From assembly GCF_001652585.1 (NCBI RefSeq), contig NZ_LWLG01000007.1, positions 1 through 32,000 of the forward strand: DNA of 32,000 bases, given 5' to 3'. Of the stretch, positions 25,086 to 32,000 are shown piece by piece; the first letter of the stretch is position 1, and every line of letters starts with the position of its first letter. The notes beneath the pieces are model-generated. The model was not told the origin of the DNA, ran no database searches, and worked only from the letters and a program-made list of their open reading frames with translations. A program made the translations under genes and the position numbers. Origin of the DNA: Thermosulfurimonas dismutans. Lineage in GTDB: Bacteria > Desulfobacterota > Thermodesulfobacteria > Thermodesulfobacteriales > Thermodesulfobacteriaceae.

Positions 25086-26096
25086 ATGGCCAAGATAGAT
25101 CCGGATAAACTAACCGGTCCTCAGAAGGCGGCCATCTTTCTTATGGTGATGGGGGAAGAATTTACCTCCGAAGTTTATAAGTATCTCGATGAGGAAGACA
25201 TCAAGCGTATTGGCATCGAGATGGCCAAACTGGAGTATGTGCCGACAGAGGCCATCAAAAAGGTACTTGAGGAGGCCAATCTTGAGGCCAAAGAATTGAT
25301 AGCCGATATCTCGGTTTCCCCGGAAGAATTTTTGCAAAAAAGCTTGATCAAGGCTTATGGAGAAAAGGGTAAGGCCCTCTGGGAAGAAATCAAAAAGGAA
25401 CTAGGTCCCGAAACCTTCAAAAAGCTTAAAAAGCTTGACCCCAAGACCGTGGCCAACTTTTTAACCAATGAACATCCTCAGACTATCGCTATTGTACTGG
25501 TGCACCTTGAGCCTGACCAGGCCGGTCAAGTCCTGCAATTCCTGCCGGACAGGATTCGTTCGGAAGTCCTTTTACGAATTGCCCTTCTTGATAAAGTGGA
25601 CCCGGACATCGTTCAAGAAATAAGTAACGCCCTTGAGGAAGAACTCCAGGCTGTGGGAGGAACCTTTGCCCGCAAACTGGGGGGAAGCGAAAAAGCGGCG
25701 GAGATTATTTCGCATGCCGGTCGCGAGCTTGAAGACGAGATCCTTTCGGACATTGAGGAAGAAAACCCCAACCTGGCCGAAGAGATACGGAAATATCTAT
25801 TCACTTTTGAAGACTTCCTGGCCGTGGATGACGTGGCCATTCAGACTCTCCTTCGGGAAATCTCCACCGATGATCTCCGTTTGGCCCTGAAGGGAGCCTC
25901 GGAAGAGGTCCGTGAGAAATTCTTCCGCAACATGAGTGAGCGAGCTGCTAACCTACTCAAAGAGGACCTGGAGGTCATGGGCCCTGTAAGGCTCTCAGAT
26001 GTAGAAAAGGCCCAGCAAAATATCATCAAAGTAGCCAAGAGGCTGGAGCAGGAAGGCAAAATTATCCTTGGTCGCGGGGAGGAAGAGTTTGTCTAA
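25086..26096 (+). CDS. fliG: Flagellar motor switch protein FliG
   Basis: LTGPQKAAIFLM, EHPQTIAIVL, LFTFEDF, and the C-terminal torque-helix region. Confidence 0.95.
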   Translation: MAKIDPDKLTGPQKAAIFLMVMGEEFTSEVYKYLDEEDIKRIGIEMAKLEYVPTEAIKKVLEEANLEAKELIADISVSPEEFLQKSLIKAYGEKGKALWEEIKKELGPETFKKLKKLDPKTVANFLTNEHPQTIAIVLVHLEPDQAGQVLQFLPDRIRSEVLLRIALLDKVDPDIVQEISNALEEELQAVGGTFARKLGGSEKAAEIISHAGRELEDEILSDIEEENPNLAEEIRKYLFTFEDFLAVDDVAIQTLLREISTDDLRLALKGASEEVREKFFRNMSERAANLLKEDLEVMGPVRLSDVEKAQQNIIKVAKRLEQEGKIILGRGEEEFV

Positions 26097-26826
26097 GATT
26101 CTGAAGGGCCATCAGGTCCAAGCTTTGAAGGTCGAATTTCGTGAAAGTGAAACTTTTAGTGCCTTAAAGGAATTTTTTTATCATAAAGAGGTTTCTGAGA
26201 GTCAAGAGCCTTTGCCTTCATTAAATGAAGAAATAGAAAAACTAAAGAGACAGGTTTATGAAGAGAGCTATCAAGAAGGCTATCAAGAAGGCTTTGACAA
26301 GGGACACACAGAAGGTTTTGAGAAAGGATATGCTGAGGGTCGAATTTTTGCGGAAAAAGAGCTCTCCGAGGCCAAAGCCAAACTCGAAGAGGAATACCAG
26401 GAAAAATTAAAAACTTTAGAGGGTCTGATTTCTAAACTTAGAAAGACCTTTTCCGAGAGTATCCTCAACCTGGATCAGGAAGTACTAGCCATTGTGGAGA
26501 AGATCTCTGAAAAATTTCTTTTTAAGGCCTTAGAGGAAGATCAAGAGCTCATTCTCCGGGTGATAAAAGAGGCCCTTAAAGAGGTCGTAGAGGGCGCACA
26601 AATTGTCATAAAAGTGCATCCCAAAGAAGCTGAGATTCTTGAGAAAATAGATCTGGCCTCTCTTTCAGAAAAAAATTTCCCCAAAATAGAGATCAAACCC
26701 GATCCTGGAGTCTCTTTGGGAGGCTGTTTATTGGAAACCACTTTTGGGTTAGTGGATGCTACGGTCGAGAGGCGCTGGGAAGAAATATTCAGGGCCCTTG
26801 AGGAGGCCTCTTCAAGTGAGGGTTAA
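26089..26826 (+). CDS. fliH: Flagellar assembly protein FliH
   Basis: GxxxG repeat run EGYQEGYQEGFDKGHTEGFEKGYAEG, coiled-coil region and FliH/SctL C-domain. The gene lies between fliG and fliI. The TTG at 26089 has GGAGG 8 nt upstream, and the ATG at 26068 is an alternative. Confidence 0.8.
   Translation: MSKILKGHQVQALKVEFRESETFSALKEFFYHKEVSESQEPLPSLNEEIEKLKRQVYEESYQEGYQEGFDKGHTEGFEKGYAEGRIFAEKELSEAKAKLEEEYQEKLKTLEGLISKLRKTFSESILNLDQEVLAIVEKISEKFLFKALEEDQELILRVIKEALKEVVEGAQIVIKVHPKEAEILEKIDLASLSEKNFPKIEIKPDPGVSLGGCLLETTFGLVDATVERRWEEIFRALEEASSSEG
26267..26293 (+). repeat. 12-nt tandem duplication (GCTATCAAGAAG x2.25) inside fliH
   Basis: A direct read shows units at 26267-26278 and 26279-26290. 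It encodes the YQEG-YQEG part of the GxxxG repeat. Confidence 0.9.
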
Positions 26827-28126
26827 TTCATTAGAGAAGTACCGTCAGGCCCTTGAACGTGTAAGCCCCATTGTGGCCTGTGGACGGGTGACGCAGGTGG
26901 TGGGGCTTGTGATAGAAGCCGAGGGGCCGGCTCTGAAGGTAGGTGATTTATGTCGGATTAAAACGTCCTATAAAGAGATTCTAGCTGAAGTATCGGGCTT
27001 TCGGGAAGACAGGCTTTTGCTTACCCCTCTGGGAGAGCCTCTGGGAATTGAACCCGGCGATCGAGTTTACGCTTGTGAGGCCCCTGGCGCAAAGGTTGGT
27101 CAGGAACTTCTCGGACGGGTGGTGAATGCTCTGGGCGAGGCCATCGATGGTCGGCCTTTGCCGTTTGTCCGCGAGACCTATCCTTTGTATAACGAACCCC
27201 TTAAGCCTTTCGAGCGTGAACGTATTAAAGAGCCTCTTGACGTGGGGATAAGGGCCATAAACGCGCTTCTGAGTTTAGGTAAAGGTCAGCGGATGGTTAT
27301 TATGGCGGGCTCTGGGGTTGGAAAGAGTACGCTTCTAGGCATGATGGCCCGTCATACAAAGGCGGATGTCAATGTAATTGCCCTTATCGGCGAAAGGGGA
27401 CGGGAGGTACGGGAATTCATTGAGCGAGACCTGGGTGAAGAAGGACTCAAGCGTTCAGTGATCGTGGTGGCGACTGCGGACGAACCTCCTCCCCTTCGCA
27501 TCCGAGGCGCTTATTACGCCACCGCCATTGCGGAATATTTTCGAGATCAGGGCCTGGATGTCCTGCTCCTCATGGATTCTCTTACCCGCTTTTGCATGGC
27601 GGCTCGTGAAATCGGCCTTTCTATAGGTGAACCACCTACGGCCAGGGGCTACACGCCTTCGGTCTTTGCTCAACTTCCCCGACTCCTGGAGAGGGTGGGA
27701 CCTAGGGTCAACGGCGGAAGTATTACTGGCATCTATACCGTGCTGGTGGAAGGGGACGACTTTAACGAACCGGTAGCAGATGCGGTACGGGCTATTGCTG
27801 ACGGACATGTAGTCCTTTCTAGAGATCTAGCCCACGAAGGGCACTATCCGGCTATTGATGTCTTGGCCAGCGTAAGCCGAGTTATGAAGGACATCGTCAA
27901 GCGAGATCATATAGAGGCCGCTCGTAGATTGATTCAGCTCTTGGCCGCCTATCGTAGAGCTGAAGATCTCATCAACATCGGAGCTTACGTAAAGGGCAGT
28001 AATCCCGAGATCGATCAGGCCCTAGAGCGTATCGGGGCTATTCGTAGATTCCTCCAGCAGGATGTCGACGAAAAGACCTCCTTTGAAGAAAGCCTAACGG
28101 CCTTAAAGGAGGTGGTCGGACTGTGA
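26816..28126 (+). CDS. fliI: Flagellum-specific ATPase FliI
   Basis: Walker A GSGVGKST, Walker B VLLLMDSLTR, and F1/T3SS ATPase homology throughout. The GTG at 26816 has GGAGG 8 nt upstream, and the track's ATG at 26756 is less likely. Confidence 0.97.
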   Translation: MRVNSLEKYRQALERVSPIVACGRVTQVVGLVIEAEGPALKVGDLCRIKTSYKEILAEVSGFREDRLLLTPLGEPLGIEPGDRVYACEAPGAKVGQELLGRVVNALGEAIDGRPLPFVRETYPLYNEPLKPFERERIKEPLDVGIRAINALLSLGKGQRMVIMAGSGVGKSTLLGMMARHTKADVNVIALIGERGREVREFIERDLGEEGLKRSVIVVATADEPPPLRIRGAYYATAIAEYFRDQGLDVLLLMDSLTRFCMAAREIGLSIGEPPTARGYTPSVFAQLPRLLERVGPRVNGGSITGIYTVLVEGDDFNEPVADAVRAIADGHVVLSRDLAHEGHYPAIDVLASVSRVMKDIVKRDHIEAARRLIQLLAAYRRAEDLINIGAYVKGSNPEIDQALERIGAIRRFLQQDVDEKTSFEESLTALKEVVGL

Positions 28127-28554
28127 AGCGTCCCCCTCGGATTTTGAAAACCTTGCTCTCTATAAGAGAACTCCGGGAAGAACGGGCCCGAGAGAGGCTG
28201 GGCCTAGCCCTTTCAGCCCTCAAAAACGCTACCAGAGATCTGGAACAGATTTCCGAGCTGCAAGAAAGCCTTTTTTCGGAGTTGAGCGGTAGGGAACTTT
28301 CGGGAAAGGATTTGTTTCTCTATGGTCAGGGGCTTGAGGCCACTTTCTATGAAAGGAGGCGGGCGGAAGAAAAATGTCAGGCCCGCAAGGAAGAAGTAGA
28401 AAACCTTAGAAAGGAACTGGAAAAGGCCCATCGAGAAAAGAGAGTCGTAGAAAGGCTCTATGAAAGACTACGGCGAAAATATCGTCACGAGGAAGAAAGG
28501 AATTTTTTTAAAGAAATGGATGACTTAGCCCTTATGAGGGGGGGGAGATCATGA
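28123..28554 (+). CDS. fliJ: Flagellar export chaperone-like protein FliJ
   Basis: 143-aa charged coiled-coil protein immediately after fliI (GTGA overlap). The position and composition fit FliJ. Confidence 0.7.
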   Translation: MKRPPRILKTLLSIRELREERARERLGLALSALKNATRDLEQISELQESLFSELSGRELSGKDLFLYGQGLEATFYERRRAEEKCQARKEEVENLRKELEKAHREKRVVERLYERLRRKYRHEEERNFFKEMDDLALMRGGRS

Positions 28555-29090
28555 AGCTCTCCCGCCTTATGAGTTTGCTTTTGATAGTGGGAATCCTTAA
28601 GTTCTCGCTGGCCGGTTTATTTATGATACTTAAAGTTGAGTCCGGTTTTACCGAGGCTCTGGCCGAAGAAAAGACCTCATCCCAAACTTCCTGCCCTCCC
28701 GAACTATTTGAAGGCCTTAAGATAGAACGGAAAAAGCTGGAAGAAAGGCGAAAAGAGATTGAACTTCAGGAAAAGAGGCTCAAACTTCTAGAAAAGCAGA
28801 TTGAAAGGCGCCTTACAGCCCTTCTTGAACTTGAAAACTCCTTAGAGGAAAAACTGGAGAAGATCCGAACCATCGAAACCGAAAGGTTTAAGCTTCTGGT
28901 CAAGGCCTATTCTGAGATGCGACCTTCGAAGGCTGCCGGATTGTTGGTTAATATGGATCCCGAGATGGCGGTTAGGATCCTTTCGGCTATGAAAAGCGAT
29001 CAAGTGGCCCGTATCCTTGCGGCCATGCCCCCGCAAAAAGCAGCCTCTTTAGCCGAGGCCCTTTCAGGTTATGCCCCTAAGGAATTTTAA
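28551..29090 (+). CDS. MotE/YlxF-family flagellar protein (N-terminal TM, coiled coil, MgtE_N-like C-terminal domain)
   Basis: The C-terminus YSEMRPSKAAGLL..MDPEMAVRILSAMKSDQVARILAAMPPQKAA resembles the MgtE_N-type repeat of COG3334 proteins that follow fliJ in many flagellar operons. An ATGA overlap joins it to fliJ. Confidence 0.6.
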   Translation: MKLSRLMSLLLIVGILKFSLAGLFMILKVESGFTEALAEEKTSSQTSCPPELFEGLKIERKKLEERRKEIELQEKRLKLLEKQIERRLTALLELENSLEEKLEKIRTIETERFKLLVKAYSEMRPSKAAGLLVNMDPEMAVRILSAMKSDQVARILAAMPPQKAASLAEALSGYAPKEF

Positions 29091-29797
29091 GCGTTTTTCT
29101 TCACTACCAATTTGCCTCCTAAGAGGCCAAGTTCGAATAAAAGGTAAAGGGGGCCAGCCATGAGAGCCATATTAAAGACATCCGGAGTGGGAGTAAGGAC
29201 GGCGGCCAAAATAGCAATTACTAGGATGGCGTGCCTTCGATATTTCCCAGCCTTATAGGGATCAAGTAGCCCGATGCGGGCTGCTAGGATCATAAAAAGA
29301 GGTAGCTCGAAGATCAGCCCAAAGGCTAAAAGAAAGAGTCCTACAAAGTTTACGAAATGTCCTACTGAAATGGTGGGCACAATCTCGTCCCTTTGGAACG
29401 AAAGCAGAAATTTCATGCCGTAAGGGAGGGTCACAAAAAAACAGAAGGCCAGTCCTCCATAAAAGAGGAACATCCCCACTAAAATAAAGAGAAGACCTAA
29501 TTTTCTAGAAAGTCCAAAGGCCCCGGAAAGGGCCTTCCATAGGAGCCATAGGATATAAGGGAATACGAAGATGATAGCCGAGATAGCAGCTACCTTTATG
29601 ACCGCTAGCCAGGGCTCGGCTACCCCGTAAAAGGCTAAATTCTGGCCCAACCTCTTTTGGAGATAGAGAAGTATACGGGGAGCAACCATCAAGAAGCCAA
29701 GGCTTGTAAGGCAAAGAAGGATTAAGACCCTCAGAATCCGACGCCTTAAAGAGAGGATTACACGGGCAAAAGATTTGACTGGGGCCTCTTCCCTCAT
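29087..29797 (-). CDS. tatC: Twin-arginine translocase subunit TatC
   Basis: Six hydrophobic segments. VLTPTPDVFNMALMAGPLYLLFELG matches the conserved TatC C-terminal motif. Confidence 0.93.
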   Translation of the reverse strand: MREEAPVKSFARVILSLRRRILRVLILLCLTSLGFLMVAPRILLYLQKRLGQNLAFYGVAEPWLAVIKVAAISAIIFVFPYILWLLWKALSGAFGLSRKLGLLFILVGMFLFYGGLAFCFFVTLPYGMKFLLSFQRDEIVPTISVGHFVNFVGLFLLAFGLIFELPLFMILAARIGLLDPYKAGKYRRHAILVIAILAAVLTPTPDVFNMALMAGPLYLLFELGLLGGKLVVKKNA

Positions 29798-30615
29798 GAA
29801 AGGAGGGTTTCCTGAATGTACTCCACGGCGTTGCGAAAGATGACCAGACCAAGCTCATCTTCGGAGACCTCTTCTCGGGTCCAACGAGGATGGTTGGTGG
29901 TATGATTGAAGGCTTCAGGATGCGGCATAAGACCAAAGATCCTTCCAGTGGCATCGCATATCCCAGCTATGGCCATTACGGAACCATTAGGGTTGTAAGG
30001 ATATTCTTCGGTGGGTTTCCCGGTTCTGGGGTGGATGTATTGAAGAACTATCTGTTGGCGGGCTACTAACTTGTTAAGGACCTCTTCGTTTTGCACCATG
30101 AACTTTCCTTCGCCATGACGCACAGGAAAATAGAGTTTTTTGAGCCCCCGAGTGAACACACAGGGAGACTCTTGATTCACCTTGAGCCATACCCAGCGAT
30201 CCTCGAAGCGGCCGGAATCGTTGTAGGTAAGACTTACCAGCCTTTCTCCGTAGTGGCCGTCAAAACCGGGTAGCAGCCCTAGTTTTACTAAGAGCTGGAA
30301 ACCATTGCAGATACCGATAATGAGTTTTCCGGCCTGAATGAACTCCAAAATGTGATCCATTAACCGTTCGCCCGAAGTTCTTATCCGGGCATGACGCAGT
30401 CGGTGGGCCGCAGCCTGGGCCGCTCCCAAATGATCGCCATCGAGAAAGCCTCCAGGGAAACAAAGAAGATGGTAATCGCGAAGGCTTTTTTCGCCGTAAA
30501 TGAGTTCGGAAAGATGAACAATTTCCGGCTCAGCCCCGACGAGTGCTAGGGTATGGGCTGTCTCTAGCTCACAGTTTATACCGTATCCGAAAAGTACCAA
30601 GGCTCTAGGTTTCAT
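29794..30615 (-). CDS. purQ: Phosphoribosylformylglycinamidine synthase glutaminase subunit PurQ (long form)
   Basis: Class I amidotransferase with the nucleophile Cys in IIGICNGFQLL and His/Glu in LMPHPE. The N-terminus is MKPRALVLFGYGINCE. Its stop overlaps the tatC start (ATGA). Confidence 0.9.
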   Translation of the reverse strand: MKPRALVLFGYGINCELETAHTLALVGAEPEIVHLSELIYGEKSLRDYHLLCFPGGFLDGDHLGAAQAAAHRLRHARIRTSGERLMDHILEFIQAGKLIIGICNGFQLLVKLGLLPGFDGHYGERLVSLTYNDSGRFEDRWVWLKVNQESPCVFTRGLKKLYFPVRHGEGKFMVQNEEVLNKLVARQQIVLQYIHPRTGKPTEEYPYNPNGSVMAIAGICDATGRIFGLMPHPEAFNHTTNHPRWTREEVSEDELGLVIFRNAVEYIQETLLS

Positions 30616-30696
30616 CGCAAGAACAATATGCCTCAATTTTTCGAAAAAGACAAGCTTCCCGCTGACGAAACGATTAAGCTAGGATCTGGGAAGGAT

Positions 30697-30729
30697 TTGC
30701 TTGACCTGGAAGTGCAAAATAGATTATCC
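30697..30729 (+). promoter_or_regulatory. Possible sigma70-type promoter for the small-ORF/PilY1-like pair
   Basis: Either TTGCTT, 17-nt spacer, TAGATT, or the overlapping TTGACC, 17-nt spacer, TTATCC, 25-30 nt upstream of the SD AGAGGGGGG. Confidence 0.3.
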
Positions 30730-30752
30730 TTTTAAGAAAAAGAGGGGGGAAA

Positions 30753-31052
30753 ATGAATAGGCTTTTTACCTTCTATATTTTGAGTTTTTTCTTGATAATC
30801 TTTTGGGGGCCGCCTCTTTATGCCATTGAGGAAACTTTAATTTGTGGAAAAGTTAAAGAGGTTCAGGAACAATCAGTGATCTTAAAGATTAGGGGGCCCT
30901 GTCGGGGAGAGAAGACCTTCAAGATACCGTCTGACCTCAGATCCCGAATTCGAGAAGGAAGTATCGTGTGTTTCAAAAGTTCTGCTACGAATTGTAGTGA
31001 TATCAATACCCTTTCTTTGATCGATCGAATTTTTATCTCTCCTGGGAGATAA
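30753..31052 (+). CDS. Small secreted hypothetical protein (99 aa, 4 Cys)
   Basis: Signal peptide MNRLFTFYILSFFLIIFWGPPLYA-IEE. A strong SD lies upstream, and the stop is 2 nt before the next ATG. I recognise no family. Confidence 0.5.
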   Translation: MNRLFTFYILSFFLIIFWGPPLYAIEETLICGKVKEVQEQSVILKIRGPCRGEKTFKIPSDLRSRIREGSIVCFKSSATNCSDINTLSLIDRIFISPGR

Positions 31053-31054
31053 CC

Positions 31055-32000
31055 ATGAGAAGAAAATTCGAGGTTTCATGGTTAATGTTATTGAGTTTAT
31101 TTTTGTTTTTGGTAATGAAATTACCCCGCGTGGTGGAGGCTGCCGAGTATTGCGCTCTTCCTCCTTTTCTCACCACTGGCGTTTCGCCTAACATACTGTT
31201 TGTACTTGATGTGAGCGGCAGTATGACCAGGCGGGCTTACCGAGAGATCTATAACCCCGATAAAACATACGAAGGCTACTTCGACCCGAATAAAAAGTAT
31301 AAACTCGTTCACGAGCTCGCTTTTTTTTCGTTTCCTGAAGTATTTTGGGAAGAAGCTGGAGACGCAGAAGAAAACTGTCCATTTGATTTTAATATTGGTT
31401 TCGATTTCGATTTTGACGATCTTTCTTTTTCTTTCTCGATAGGGAATGTCTGTAGCGGAAACTTTCTCAATTGGCTGTTTATGACCAGGATAGATTTGTT
31501 ACGATGGGCCATTACGGGTGGAACTCCGGAATCATGTACCGATGATTTTTTCCTTTCCTTTTTTTCTGTGGACAGTCTCTTAGATAGTCCTGAATGCGAT
31601 CCGGCTTTTAGTTCCTCCTGTAACGGGGATACCTGCATGTTAGAAACTTACATTGGCCAGAAGGTCAAGGTCCCTAAAAGTCGCATTCAGGGCATTCTCC
31701 AGCAAATGGAAAAAGAATCGGTTCGTCCTCGCTTCGGAGCCCTCTTTTATTCCGATAGAATTCGTCCCGAAAAGGTTTATCTCGGAGATTATCCTTATAC
31801 AGGTAGAGGTCAACCGGGCGATGCCGACCCCGATCATCCTTACACCCACCTTATCAGATTTGTCAACTATATCTCCCCCTTGGGAGGCACCGGAACCGCG
31901 ATAGCTATGTGGGAGGCCTACGATTATTTTGCTCAAAATAATGCTCACGATTATGCAAACGGTTTTGATATAGCCCCTGGGACTTATAAAGACCCCCAAT
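31055..32000 (+). CDS. PilY1-like type IV pilus tip-associated protein, N-terminal vWA (MIDAS) region; 5' partial, continues beyond the window
   Basis: It is not in the ORF track because it has no stop: 315 codons are open from the ATG at 31055 to the window end. It has a signal peptide, then YCALPPFLTTGVSPNILFVLDVSGSM (DxSxS MIDAS), GNFLNWL..TRIDLLRWAITGG, and LGGTGTA. Confidence 0.6.
   Translation, partial: MRRKFEVSWLMLLSLFLFLVMKLPRVVEAAEYCALPPFLTTGVSPNILFVLDVSGSMTRRAYREIYNPDKTYEGYFDPNKKYKLVHELAFFSFPEVFWEEAGDAEENCPFDFNIGFDFDFDDLSFSFSIGNVCSGNFLNWLFMTRIDLLRWAITGGTPESCTDDFFLSFFSVDSLLDSPECDPAFSSSCNGDTCMLETYIGQKVKVPKSRIQGILQQMEKESVRPRFGALFYSDRIRPEKVYLGDYPYTGRGQPGDADPDHPYTHLIRFVNYISPLGGTGTAIAMWEAYDYFAQNNAHDYANGFDIAPGTYKDPQ

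Noticed and set aside
25211-25226. Sigma54-like TGGCATCGAGATGGCC with correct GG-N10-GC spacing inside fliG
   Set aside because: The -12 element is TGGC rather than TTGC. It lies 125 nt into fliG with no gene start downstream, so it is most likely chance.
25652-25668. GGGAGGAACCTTTGCC with GG-N10-GC spacing in fliG
   Set aside because: The -24 hexamer is poor and the -12 flank is wrong. It is internal to the coding sequence, far from any start.
29505-29954. 149-aa minus-strand ORF spanning the purQ/tatC junction
   Set aside because: It is an alternative frame of two well-supported genes that are themselves ATGA-coupled. The composition is not protein-like.
30687-30701. Sigma54-like CTGGGAAGGATTTGCT upstream of the small secreted ORF
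   Set aside because: No GG dinucleotide sits exactly 10 nt from the GC (N9 at best), and sigma54 spacing is strict. A sigma70-like reading fits better.
31121-31999. Four minus-strand ORFs (63-119 aa) listed in the track
   Set aside because: The plus strand has an uninterrupted 315-codon frame with a signal peptide and vWA/PilY1 motifs. The minus-strand products are K/S-rich low complexity.
1-32000. Scan for CRISPR arrays, IS or transposase ends, integrases, tRNA/rRNA genes, long direct or inverted repeats, and in-frame TGA or frameshift signatures
   Set aside because: I found none by eye. All sizeable ORFs are intact and contiguous. The only repeats are short coding repeats in fliH and the PilY1-like gene. 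Small ncRNAs cannot be excluded without covariance-model searches.

Overview
Gene-dense (>90% coding) chromosomal segment with many 4-nt start/stop overlaps. The E/K/R/L-rich proteins, archaeal-type enzymes (ApgM family, Thi4, archease) and anaerobic redox genes suggest a thermophilic anaerobic bacterium. Thermodesulfobacteriota-like is only a guess and cannot be verified without a search. Content in order: (i) 171-4154 is a membrane redox island. It holds a 3-TM NapC/NirT-type hexaheme cytochrome c, a terminator, and then an operon of a 10-TM NrfD-like protein, a Tat-exported 4x[4Fe-4S] protein and a triheme c7-like cytochrome. No catalytic subunit is visible. (ii) 4225-15295 is an 11-kb co-directional array of unrelated housekeeping genes: FKBP PPIase, ApgM-family, nadB, yggS, comEC, archease, DUF4445/RACo-like ATPase, der, hflX. 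(iii) ppaC, then convergent thi4 and nadC. (iv) 18157-29090 is a flagellar regulatory and early-structural block. It holds a regulatory-domain-less sigma54 activator, a large secreted TPR protein, a FleQ/FlrA-like activator with a degenerate receiver, and then flgB-flgC-fliE-fliF-fliG-fliH-fliI-fliJ plus a MotE/YlxF-like gene. Two candidate sigma54 promoters have correct GG-N10-GC spacing. (v) tatC-purQ lie on the minus strand. (vi) 30753-32000 holds a small Cys-containing secreted protein translationally coupled to a PilY1-like vWA protein that runs off the window. I saw no rRNA, tRNA, CRISPR array, transposase/integrase or recognisable defence genes. The most interesting candidates are the possible two-activator sigma54 cascade (or hetero-oligomer) with the embedded TPR protein, the orphan quinone/cytochrome module, and the archease-ASKHA ATPase coupling. 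All functional calls rest on motif recognition in the supplied translations. No database search was possible.
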